Below are positions 1 through 12,600 of a stretch of DNA of 64,000 nucleotides, piece by piece; position 1 is the first letter of the stretch; each line of letters opens with the position of its first letter. The position numbers and the translations under genes were made by a program. The DNA is taken from positions 857,235 through 921,234 of the forward strand of contig NMRA01000052.1 of the NCBI GenBank assembly GCA_002633005.1, written 5' to 3'. The stretch comes from Phoronis australis. Lineage: Eukaryota; Animalia; Phoronida. The notes below the pieces were generated by a model, which made no database searches, was not told where the DNA came from, and saw only the letters and a list, made by a program, of their open reading frames with translations.

Positions 1-1375
1 ACTTGTTGTCAATGCTATTTTACTGAAAGCACCATGGAAATTATCCTGATTTTGAATTAAAATGCATCTATTAGGTAAAATATTGAAACTCAAAATATGC
101 GTCGTTATTGCCTGTGATCCTTTTTCTAATTAAAAATTTCCTTCTTGAGACCATAAAACGAAATGAAAGGTGGGGAAAAGCCATACCGAATACAAAAAGA
201 TTGATAAATCATAAATGTTTCATCAATATCTAATAAATTACAAACACGAGTAATACCTTTTTTAAACCACTGACTATAAAATGTTACATGGTTACTATTA
301 TACCAGATTGGAAGGTAAGGAAAGTCATCAGCATACAAACGCATATTCTGTGCTACATAATAAAAAATAATTGCAGGCGGTCTGGTACACGTTGTACCAG
401 ATGTGCGCAGGCCGCGCATGTGGGCCCATTGCACTGATCACCTGCAAATATTTTTGTGCTTTATTAATATATAGCTAAAACCGAGCTGAGGAGCTAGAAA
501 CCGGACTAAAGGGTCTAGCAGTGTGGCCCAGTAGGACTCGAACCCACGACCTCGAGTAAAGAAGGCGGGCACCATCACGCTAGGCCACACCGCCTCCTTC
601 TGTGCTACATAAGTAAAGACCTCGATATCAGATCAAAATACACTCTTAATGTCTTTTGCATAAGTGCTATAAAATGTATCTCCAAAAAGTAAAGAGTCAC
701 ACGTTCTCAACGAATCATGCCGCAACAACAGATGTTTCCAAGAACCATCAATCTTCTAATTCAAGATAATTTTAGTGATTTCAAAAAAGACCCAATCTGC
801 ATCATTTCGCAACCACCCTGCAAGAAATTCTGAACCATTTCGTTCCTTTTAATTTTATCAGGTTTACCCGCCAAATAAATTTGAAAAACGTAAATTCTAA
901 TTGACGAACTTCTCTTGATAGTGATGGCAGACCCATAAAAAGATTAATTGATTTTGGTAAGAGCAGTGACTTTATGACGCGAGTTGTTAATGGTCTTCTC
1001 GAGCAGTTCGCCAAGTCTTTTTGAATTTCCGAGTGTAATTTAACCCAGGAATCTCGAATAGATTGACGCTGGAGTTTATTCCCAAAAACGTAAATTGACC
1101 TAAAGGCCATGAGAGACTAAGCTCTGGACATAAACTAGTGTTACTCAATTTCCAATCAACAATCCATGAGTTTTGTCAACATTAGGTTTCAGTCTCAAAA
1201 ATTGGTCCAAGAGATCCAAAACCTGCTTTGGTGACTTGTTGGAAACATCAATTGCTAACAAATTATCATCAGCGAATTGCAAAATTCGAATGACGACAGT
1301 TGTAATCGATGAACAAAATATCGTTTTTAGATCCAAATTTGCAAATTTCATACTGTTGTGCGTTTGGTGGAACAT
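1..1375 (-). mobile_element. Decayed L1/Tx1-type non-LTR retrotransposon ORF2 fragment (RT C-terminal part and downstream region)
   Basis: Frameshifted minus-strand peptides: 'ILQFADDNLL...LKPNVDKT' (RT YADD motif), 'TRVIKSLLLPKSINLFMGLP...FFKFIW' and 'PIWYNSN...FYSQWFKKGITRVCNLLD', all typical of L1/Tx1 ORF2. Interrupted by a SINE. Confidence 0.8.
361..597 (-). mobile_element. tRNA-derived SINE inserted in the L1 remnant
   Basis: On the - strand: A-box-like TGGCCTAGCGTG, B-box GGTTCGAGTCC and an AT-rich tail. Flanked by a perfect 15-bp TSD ttctgtgctacataa (346-360 and 598-612). Related copies at 28769-29003 and ~49590-49840. Confidence 0.85.
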
Positions 1376-1615
1376 TCGATCACTGTACCAAAAAATTCAC
1401 TGACCCTTTATGCCGTTGTGACAGTTCAGGCCGTTGTGACATACGCAAAAATGTAGCAATTTGAGCCGAAAATGCACTACCGAAATTCGCCCAAGTGAGG
1501 AACTGTGACAACTCGCGGGCAGTTGCGGTAGTTTGTTCCTGCACAAGACACATCTATGCGTTTCCCATCTGTTCCTGTTGTCTACACAGTCTTTATAAAT
1601 CACGGCTCCTTTCAG

Positions 1616-3620
1616 AGGTATTCTGCACGAAGCCTCAAATTTTAAACGGGCAGTGGGAAGTAATAACGAGCAGTACTGCACCAACCGGTAGACCAGTTGA
1701 TAGACCAGCCAATGTAACCGGGAGACCAACTCAAGCTACAGACAGAGCATTACCATCTGTTGAATCCGTGAGTACAACTGGAAGCAGAATGGGCGAAAAG
1801 GTTACATCAGTTCAACCTTCGGGCAGTGAAAGATCACGTACTGAATCAATGACAACTCAGTCTTCAGTCCGTGCAAGATCACCTGCTCAATCAATGAGAA
1901 CAATTGCGATTACGTCAGGTCAACCTTCGGGCAGTGAAAGATCACGTACTGAACCAATGGCAACTCAGTCTTCAGTCCGTGCAAGATCACCTGCTCAATC
2001 AATGAGAACAATTGCGATTACGTCAGGTCAAGCTTCGGGCAGTGAAACATTACCTACTGAACCAATGGCAACTCAGTCTTCAGTCCGTGCAAGATCACCT
2101 GCTCAATCGATGAGAACAATTGCGATTACGTCAGGTCAGGCTTCGGGCAGTGAAACATCACCTACTGAACCAATGGCAACTCAGTCTTCAGTCCGTGCAA
2201 GATCACCTGCTCAATCAATGAGAACAATTGCGATTACGTCAGTTCAACCTTCGGGCAGTGAAACATCACCTACTGAACCAATGACAACTCAGTCTTCAGT
2301 CCGTGCAAGATCACCTGCTCAATCAATGAGAACAATTGCGATTACGTCAGTTCAACCTTCGGGCAGTGAAACATCACCTTCTGAACCAATGACAACTCAG
2401 TCTTCAGTCCGTGAAAGATCACCTGCTCAATCAATGAGAACAATTGCGATTACGTCAGTTCAACCTTCGGGCAGTGAAACATNNNNNNNNNNNNNNNNNN
2501 NNNNNNNNNNNNNNNNNNNNNNNNNNNNNNNNNNNNNNNNNNNNNNNNNNNNNNNNNNNNNNNNNNNNNNNNNNNNNNNNNNNNNNNNNNNNNNNNNNNN
2601 NNNNNNNNNNNNNNNNNNNNNNNNNNNNNNNNNNNNNNNNNNNNNNNNNNNNNNNNNNNNNNNNNNNAACATCACCTGCTCAATCAATGAGAAGAACTGT
2701 GATTGTGTCAGGTCAACCTTTGGGCAGTGAAACATCACCTACTGAACCAATGACAACTCAGTCTTCAGGCCGATTAACATCACCTGCTCAATCAATGAGA
2801 AGAACTGTGATTGTGTCAGGTCAACCTTTGGGCAGTGAAACATCACCTACTGAACCAATGACAACTCAGTCTTCAGGCCGATTAACATCACCTGCTCAAT
2901 CAATGAGAAGAACTGTGATTGTGTCAGGTCAACCTTTGGGCAGTGAAACATCACCTACTGAACCAATGACAACTCAGTCTTCAGGCCGATTAACATCACC
3001 TGCTCAATCAATGAGAAGAACTGTGATTGTGTCAGGTCAACCTTTGGGCAGTGAAACATCACCTACTGAACCAATGACAACTCAGTCTTCAGGCCGATTA
3101 ACATCACCTGCTCAATCAATGAGAAGAACTGTGATTGTGTCAGGTCAACCTTTGGGCAGTGAAACATCACCTACTGAACCAATGACAACTCAGTCTTCAG
3201 GCCGATTAACATCACCTGCTCAATCAATGAGAAGAACTGTGATTGTGTCAGGTCAACCTTTGGGCAGTGAAACATCACCTACTGAACCAATGACAACTCA
3301 GTCTTCAGGCCGTGCAACATCACCTGCTCAATCAATGAGAAGAACTGTGATTGTGTCAGGTCAACCTTCAAGCAGTAACACAACACATGCAGTGGGTGTA
3401 ACAACAACAACCGCTCACGCTACCTCTATGACAACAACGTCAAACGGCACCAAAAACTTGACAACCTTTTTCAGAGTGTTGGGTCCCAACGAAACGAGGT
3501 TCACGGTCGGAGAAGAACTTCGCGCGGTGTGCACATCTGGTTATAGCCTCAGCGGCGCAGTTGCAACTTCCACGTGTGGTGCGGACGGTCAGTGGTCTAA
3601 CTTAAACCAACTCGTGTGCA
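1616..3620 (+). CDS. Large exon: CCP/sushi domain interrupted by Ser/Thr/Pro-rich tandem repeats
   Basis: Acceptor ctcctttcag at 1606-1615 and donor gtaagt at 3621. Starts 'EVFCTKPQILNGQWEV' and ends 'FTVGEELRAVCTSGYSLSGAVATSTCGADGQWSNLNQLVC'. The apparent frame change falls in the N gap. Confidence 0.85.
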
Positions 3621-6600
3621 GTAAGTACCATTGCGTTTATTATTGATCGTCAGTTGACGCATCTCATCCCGTTGAAGGCGCATTTCACGATATTTGGCTC
3701 GTGGGATTCGAAATGTGGCATTCATACTGAGCTTTTGTCAAAAAGTTATGTAACCCCCTGTCGTTACAAAGGTGGTCGTATCTTGTTCCCTACTCAGTTC
3801 AGATGTGATCTCTGAGATCAGGAAGAGGTGACAGTTCGTTATGATATCTTCAGACACGTTCACAAGGTGAGACTGAGATTTGTGAACTTGGTCTGAAGCA
3901 ACGACAAGCTGCCAGTTCTGCCCAGAAATCGCCCCTGATTTGATTAAGGAACAACTTGGGGTCACGTAGAGGACTTTTCATATTGGCGCTCTTTAGATCA
4001 ATGAGAGCACGAATGTGACTTCCGCTTGATTCCGATTTGGATTGGATGGACAGAAATTCAATAACTACATAGTGATTCATTAATTTAAAACCTGGGAAAT
4101 AAGTTTTATTGCCAGTCCCACCCGGCCAGCCGTGCGCCATTATTTGAATAGTTTATGAGCTCACTAGTTTGTTTAGCTTTTTGACTCCGGCTGGTGTCGA
4201 AATTCGGCCGCAGTCGCAGCCACTGGCTGTCAGCTGTCTCGGTTTTTTCTTCGCTCTGTGCCTTGTATGGAACATGAGATGTCCTTCTTCATCTATTGAC
4301 GTTTTTAATGTTTTTCTACTGGCATTATAATAGCAGGAAAGGCGTGAAAACGGTGGTTATACCACTAGGTTGAAACGTCACATCCGCATTGTTTGGAATC
4401 TGGAGGTTCATGGCTCTGATGGCCTATCCACAAAAGACCTGGGTAGAGTTCAAACGCTAGGATCTTGCTAAAAAGCAAGACTTCGCGAGATCACGCGAGA
4501 TATTGCCGTGTATTTTCAACGAGAACACGTGATTTTGGTTAGATTTTTCACGCTGCGAGATAGCTACTTAACTCTACCCTGGTCGCTGTACGGCACGGCT
4601 ATTTCGAAATTTAGCCGTTTCATAACGTTAAGGGACTTAAATCAGAACTTGTTTTTGACAGAATGCGAGGGTTTAATGCGGCTTTAAACTCAACAGAGAT
4701 TTTTAGTAAAGGCATCTATATGTGCGTGTTCTGGAGTTGCATTTTATCATGTTGTTTAACTTTTATCTCTCGGAGTTATGCTTTTGAAGGTACTTACGGA
4801 CGTGACATTGTATTTTTTGTAATAAATTCGTAAAACATAATGATTGGTTTTTGATAAATAAGCGGATAATAACGAATGTCTCGTCTGTTACTTTTTAAGT
4901 GGCAAAAGTTTTATTTTAAAGGGGGGTGGTTATGTTAATTTTGTACGCAATTTAGCAACTATTCGTTCAATGCCAGTAATTTAAAAGAGGAAGATGGTAA
5001 CGGGTGTGACCTTGAGTAACTGACATGACACTCTCCAAGTTGCCATTTAGCTCAAGACTTAATTGGTTATTTTCGTGAACACATAAAGTTATTATTCAAT
5101 GTGGATTTGACTAAAACAAATATAACGTACTTAACGAATAGTTTGCTTTATTCTGACATAAGAACGTTTTTGGAGTAATAAACAACATTATTGGACTGAA
5201 AATCCAGATTTCATAGACGGCAAAACGTTGAATTATATAAAATTAAAATGCTATTCTCTACCATCCACTTTGAAAATGAATCTTTAAAGTGGCGTTAAAA
5301 CCGTGTTCAGTCGAAGAAACTAACTTTGGGTTTAGACCAGTTACTGCTACAAAATTGGTCTCAACTTTTTCCTTAATCAGATGGCTAGTGAGTTTTGGTC
5401 TTACCAAGAACTGGCCATTAATTCCTCGAGACCATGCTCGGAAAGTAATATGAGATGCCCCCATAGACTATAGTATATTGACCGTCAACTCCGTATACTT
5501 TCAGTGAACGAAATCTGTGCTCTTACGTAAGCAATGACGTCATATTCACTAGCGACACTTGGCCAAATTACCTGGTATTATTTCCGGCAAGTACGTCGTC
5601 TGCTAATCATGGTCGGCTGTTGTGGCAGCGCACTCACTGGTCACAATACACTAACCGGAAACTGGGACAGATAATTTAGGAGAGTGGCGCCTCCTCTAGG
5701 ATATTACGTGAATGTGTTATCTATAATCTATGATGCCATGAGAAGTCGTCATGTAGAGTTTGGTTGCAATCCCATAGTGTTCTTTTCAAGTTAGCCCATA
5801 AATCAATTATGTTTTGAATCAGTTTGAGACCAATTTCATAAGTGACGACTACACACTTCTCTGCTTCTTGTGCAAGTTCACGGTGTGAGTACCTGTACTA
5901 CGTGTTTGGACTGGTCATGAGGAATACGGCGTCGTCATGGGCAAAATCGGCAAAAATTCCCCGACTAGGCGCACTTTATGAGATCGTTCACCTCGTTATA
6001 TGTGACTTTTTGCAATGAAACTGTTTGCATACACTCAGTCGAAGAGTATTCATTGAATGTGACCTTAATTACTTTAATAAGGTCCCTATACTGACTATGC
6101 TCAAGACTGATTTCACTGATTGTTTACTCAAAGATAAACTTCGAGTGTCATTTTTTACATTTGTTCTTGTTTGTCTAAACTTTTGTGTTTGAGTACCACC
6201 ATATAACCATAGACAACGCGCAAGAGAAGTATAGTTGATATTTGTAATTTGTAATTTAAGTTATGTAGCATTTTATGACACCTACTCTCAAAATATCTGT
6301 ACGGACTCGTCATACTCGAGTTTCGCGTGACTGTCCTAACTCGTGAGCAACTGCACGGTTTCGCATTGAGCCGGTGGTGCTTTCAACTTATTGTTATCGT
6401 CTAATTATGCATGAGTACCTGCAGAAAGTAACACATTCCTACACATATAAACCAGTATCTTGATAGTAAAACATGTCAAATGACTCTGCAATCGGATTCC
6501 CGACCAAAAACTTGGTGTCCGACTTACTGTACAGACTATATCTCCAAGAAATAACTGAGATTTGTTGGTTTCTACGCCAGAAACCATGTAACTTCCCTAG

Positions 6601-9600
6601 TGCTAAATTTCAAAGATTAGCCGACTGTTGTAGCTAATCTCTCAGTTTCTCTACATTCTCATTGTTGTCCGTCTTTCAAATGTGGTTCATCTTCGTAGTC
6701 GAACAAGTCAATGTCTCCACCAGACATGTCCACTTTTGAGTGTAGTGAGGCAATTGCTTAACGTTTGGCACAGCGAAGTTTATTTTCGATTGTAATGGGT
6801 CTCCGCCAGTTTTTATTCCGATATGCTTGAACGCTCACCGATGAATATCGAAATTTTTCCATGGAAAGGTTTGTATCCGATCCGCCAAAACTTTACAATG
6901 TCGTTTGAATACCTCATTGTTACGGTGCTGTGGAGGGTAACAATTCTGCCACATCTTAATACACATGGTAAAAACGCTATATTGTCTAAGGAGAACGTGT
7001 CATCTGCTATCATCTTATTAAACTTAACAAGGTGTCTGACTTCCTTATTCTTTTCAAATCATCAATCACGTGTGGTGTGACATCACATATTTCTTTTATT
7101 GCACTGTATTCTCGTGCTAAATCTGTCTCTATATCCCTTTCGTACTCTTTTCGCTCGGTGCGTTCTTCATCTTTGCCTTCTCGCTCTACTTTCGACTTCT
7201 TCATGAATGGACTCTTGTAATCAAATCCTTTTTCTCATTTAGGTATCTTTTGATTGAGTTGGTTTCGCAGCCCTCCTCCAAAACAATGCTGGGAATGCAC
7301 CCATTTACTCTTAAACATTCCAAACCGCTGTCTTCATGCAATGTTAGATACCTAATCCTTAGTACTTGATCGCTATGATCTACGATGCCGTGGCCAATTA
7401 CTTCAGCAAAGTTGTCTGTGCCAACTCAGAAGTAACAGCACTTGAAGTTGGTTGATTGGAAAAAAAAATTAAAGTGGTTTTACATCGATTTCACTCTGTC
7501 CAAAATGGTGAATGACAATCGTTCTCCCTTTAATACACCATTTGCAAATACATCCAATCTTTCTCAAGGCATCTATCCGACCATACTCTATGAGAACTAT
7601 CGGTAATTATAAAGTTAAACGGTCTGTTGTGCTAAAAATTTGAATAAACCTTAACCAGCTCACATCGTACAGTTTTCTAAAATCTTCTCGTGACGAGCCG
7701 TATATTTGGCTCAGACGAGTCCGTACAGTCGTTTGCCCGACTGCCTAATTTACACTTTCCATATCTTTGTTAATCAAGCACACATTTAACTGAAACTTTT
7801 GAAGCACATGCACATCTTCGTAAAATGTTACTTACAATATGAAGTGTATTAAATCAACGACACATTGCATCATTTTATAACAAAATTTAACCGATATTCC
7901 TGATTTTTTTCACAGCACCACGGCTACCAAGTCCCACTGGGCCGTCACTGCTGGTCACACGTAGACTAACGTGAGAAGTTTTCACCGCCTGCCACGACTC
8001 TTAAGCTATGCAAAACAGTTTTTAATTACATATAGGACCATTTTCAACATTTTAAAGACACGTTTGTTCGACTGGTATTGTTTTTCTACATCAAATTGCT
8101 AATGACGACGCAGTAGCCTACTCCTCATGACCTGTCCAAAGACGTAGTACAGGTTCCCAAACCGTGAAGATGCTATGAAATTCGTCATTCTACTATATTA
8201 CCGAGCGTGTTTTAGAAGTGACTTCCGGTTTCACGAGTGCTGTGTACTCCATATATGAACGAGAGTATATGCATTCAAATGAGCTAGTTCAACGCACTCG
8301 TATGAACCCATTTTCAAAATGACACGTTTCGCTATGAAACCATTTGTAGGATCTGAGCGTGTTCTAAGCTCTTTGCGTAACCGTGTACCATCAACGATTA
8401 ACGGATTGACGAGTGCATTACACTCACTGACATGAACGAGAACAAAGCAGTCGTACAATGCACTCGTATAAACGTGCGCAATGCACATTCTCAAAAGAAT
8501 ACGTTGGCGTTCCATACCGCTAGGGTGGTGCATTCCACTTTTCAGTCTGTCCTGCAACCTTTGGAGCCCGACCAACAAACTGACTAAGTTCATCTTTGAG
8601 TTAAGTCTAAGATTTGACTCAACTTCCAAACTTTGAAACTTTCACACACGGTAAGTTAGCCAAAATAAAAACAAAACACCTCAGTGCCAAAAAATTCAAA
8701 TTTCTTTCTTAGATTGGACTTGAGACAAACTTAAGTTTTATCTTAAAACTGAAAAAATTAAAGATTTGACTTAACTCGGAAGCGCTCTTTAGTTTGGGGA
8801 GATAGTTTCCAGGTGACATCAGGGAGCTGATCGATGCATTTCAATCAATTGACAGAAATATGCAACAGAATTAAGCCGTTAGTAGTCAATTTTGTAACAT
8901 CTGGGCCCAGTTGCATAAAAGTTATACGCCGTATATCAACAATGACGTCGCATAATCACGCGTCACGTTGCTATTGTTGAACAATGCAATTGACGTCATG
9001 CAACAAGCAAACTTATCCAGCGGATAACTTTTGGAGCTTTGTGCAACTCAGCCCTGGTAGCACAAGAGTCATTCAATTGTCTGGCGGATCCGACTAGTGC
9101 CGCACCCTCTCCTGGCTATTATATTTTTCGACATTGTTCGTCCGTTATTGTCAAATTGACTGAACAAGTTTTTTCAAAACTTTAGTGTTAGTGGCAGAAG
9201 TGTGCTGTCACTGGTCGATTTTTGGACAGATTCAAATACCCCATAGCGATTATTTTAGTTTCCGACGACATTTTTCGGAAATTTACTGTTATAAAAGTGT
9301 TTTTTGTGTGGTTGAGTAACGTAAACTGAATTTCGGTCAGTGAGTGAGGAGATGTTCTATTGAATGTTATTTTGCCCCTTTTCACTACTGAGCAATGTAA
9401 CTTACCGGAGTATTCAAGAATATTCCAGTAAGTACTTGAACAGGTGTTTTTAAAGAAAACACTGTTGATGACCAAATGTACCCTCTTCACGACTTTTTTC
9501 AGGGAGACTTTCTACCGCTACCTCTGCAATTCCTGGTGGAGGACCTAAACCCGCCACGTCAACCATGCCATCTCCCCCATCAAACGCGCCATCGATGACG

Positions 9601-12600
9601 GCGAGAAAAACAGCAAGTCCATCAACGGCGACACCACGACCGCCTCCACAGGCGACACAAACAAGGAGACCAAGACCCCCACAAAGAACAACATCACAAG
9701 CAACTGGTGCGGTTATGTAAGTTATTTGGTATGGTTTCGGTGCACTTTGCTGTATTGTGTCCTGCTGTCAAGTGATTTGGGCTGGGGAATGCTGCATGTT
9801 ACTGGTGGCAATGGGCAGTGACTTGGGGATAGTAAGGCTGAACTGGGTAACATCCAAGGACAGTCACGTGGTGTTAACCTCTCAAAGACGCCGCCATTGC
9901 TTATTCGGACCTTGTGAAGTTAGGCGATGCGGAGTAGCATGACCCATGAAGTTAGGACAGTGATGGAAAGGAGCATTCTAGACGATTCTGGCATCTTAGC
10001 GTGGATTAATGTAGTCTGTAACAGTCTAGAGCCTAGTATATGTTTCTGTAATGATTGGGTAGATTCCGGAAACTTGTATAATGTGCTTGCATTGGTGAAA
10101 AGTTTCGGAATATTATAAGAGACTTTAAATACCCAGGTATAGGTTACTTCATGAGCGTATCCACGGCAGCTAGTGGGAGGGGCCGGGCTCGGTGGAGCTC
10201 GAACGAGCCCCCTCATTTGGCGCAGTGGGCAAAAAGGTCCGCCTTAGAGAAACAAAACTCCGAAAAAAGTCGGAAACGAGACAAAAGTCGACTAACAGGC
10301 AGGAGCTACCAAAGTTTGGCGAATGCACAAGTCATCGCTCAGAACCGTCCCGTGAACCTTAGTACAAAGATCCACATTATCAAAAATTCGAATTCCCCTG
10401 TTTTTTAAGCTGGGTGCGCGCATGTACTTGAGTTAGTTACAAGAGTTACAATTGAGTGTGAGGAGGACCAGCAGGAGTTACTGCGATAACCATAGACCCA
10501 ACTACCGAGAGCACTGAGGTTATTGAATTAACGAGTGTAAAAACTGCTGGACGTGTCTCAAAAGTTCATTAAAAGTCAAGGCTTCGCAGCACTGGTTGGA
10601 GCATAAACAGACGTTACGTCGAACGTTTGTGAACGCACGTTCGAGATTAATAAAGTCGAACCAGTCTTCAGCCTATAGTCGTGCCGAAAGCAAGCACCGG
10701 TCGGTAACAACCTGCGGCCACCCATCGACTGGGAAGAACGTGACATACGTATAGTTATCCTACTTACATAGGAATACTACTGTCATGTCCAGTCGAGAAT
10801 TCTTTCACTCTGTTGGGAATGTCCCAACGAGATCAGATGAAAGAAATTCGAGATATGTTATCACAATAGTGTTTATATATGTGGGATATCTTATTTATCC
10901 CATATATTTATGAACTCATTTGCATCGCGACGATATCTTGTTGCCATGTGCTTTGACCTGTTGCTATAATGACGTCATATGTATGCCAAGTGTACCCACG
11001 CCGGTTAAGCGACAAGATTATTTGTGATGTTGAACAACTATTAAAGTTTTATTTCGTATTAACGTTACAAGAATTTTCAGTACGTGAAATATACTAGTTA
11101 AAACAATGGACCATTCAATAGTATTAAAGTTCATCGGAATGAACTTAAAAACAATTCATTCGGGGAATATAAAAATTGAAACAAAATCAAATGAACAGTT
11201 GTGCAGCAGTGTGTCGTTTTAGAACGATGAATTTCTTAGTTTTCTAGGTCTATTTTGGTGTCTTAGCTTCAGGAATGGAAATAGTATTAGAAATATTTCT
11301 CTCGTGTTGATCGTAGCATTGGAATGTAACGCTTGAAAAATGCTGATTCACAAAAACTTGAGGTAAAACTGCTTTTTCTGGAACGACGCATTGAATCAAT
11401 CTTTTAGGGACCCTAAATGAATGAGCCCAGACAAATTTACTGTCGTATGGGCGAATTTACTCCACCACGAGAATGCACACCAACCGTAAAATTCGGTCTC
11501 TACCACTGGATACGGATTGACTCTACTTTCTCGTATTCCACGGCATATTACCACGGCGTGTTAAATGGCTGTTTTATCACATGTAGGATACATGCATGTA
11601 TGGAACGAGAATGAGCTAGAACTTTTTAAAAACGTATCGCTCTGTTTTATTTGACGCTTTGATGTCGCAAGGGTGCCAAAAACTAGAATATTGTGTGGAA
11701 TTTGCCGATTTAATCGGTTCTTGTGCTTACAGCAACTGTACGTCACAAAAGCGTTCCTCAGATTAAATGAAGCTGTGTAGTGATGCATATTTCAACATCA
11801 ACACATAAAATTGTCTCTTTTCTCTCATTTTCTGTAACTTTTCTGAGACAAATGTTTCTCTTCGAGATAACCTTGGTGAACTTTGTTGAAATAAGCGTGT
11901 GTATCAGAATGCAGCTTAGTGAATATGATAAAAAACGACCAAATGACGTCGTTGTTGAGTTGTTCACTGGACCTGTGTTAACGTGGAACCTGTATGCGAA
12001 ATAAATCGTCCACCAATAGCGGCGATACGATAAAGCGTATTTCATTGTCACTATATTGGAAAATAAGCAAATATCTTGTTTTACAGCCCAGGTTCTAACA
12101 AGTTGAGAATGACATTGCTAAATGGCAAGACAAATAAAGAAATTGGAACTTGCAGCCAATACAGTCCAGCAAAACTTCAGATCAAGTTCACTAAAACGGA
12201 AAGTAAGTACTGACGCATGCCCAGTAAGAGTCGTTGTTTGTGCCGGAGCTGGGAAGGGACAGAATCCGAAGCATCTCTGAATTTTACTCTCTCGTGTTCT
12301 TCCGACTTCAGCATCAGCCAAATACTTTGAAGTGTATTTTATTCTACAAATACATCCGGAAACCGGTCATTAGATCTATTGAGATATTTTAAATACTAAA
12401 TCGTTACCTGTATGCAAATTTATAATCGTGAAAATAGAATGTCGGGTAATATTTCTAACGTATAATTTAATTTAAACCTTGTTGCATTCTTGACTTTTTT
12501 TAGATTTCCGAGGTATTTTTGTTGAAGAATGCAGTGTATCTCCGTCTAGGGAGAGTGGAACATCGACGAACATCCATACGAACAGGTTTGTTGCAATGTT

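Noticed and set aside
530-597. tRNA gene
   Set aside because: A/B boxes are present, but there is no complete cloverleaf, and it is the head of a TSD-flanked SINE with other copies.
2483-2667. Frameshift between the two repeat ORFs (1495-2730 and 2444-3646)
   Set aside because: The frame change lies in an N run of estimated length, so it is not evidence of pseudogenisation.
3738-4140. Possible LTR-retrotransposon protease remnant ('IRALID')
   Set aside because: Only a short motif, with no LTRs or other pol motifs visible.
5258-5464. Similar short peptides 'VETNF..V.GLN.K' in ORFs at 5258, 34977 and 59432 suggesting a micro-gene family
   Set aside because: These are translations of a dispersed non-coding repeat in different orientations and introns, with no shared start, stop or splice signals.
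7917-7970. Possible small Pro/Thr-rich exon after a strong tttttcacag acceptor
   Set aside because: It lies inside the TIR element, and its likely donor (phase 2) is incompatible with the phase-1 exon at 9503, which joins 3620 directly.
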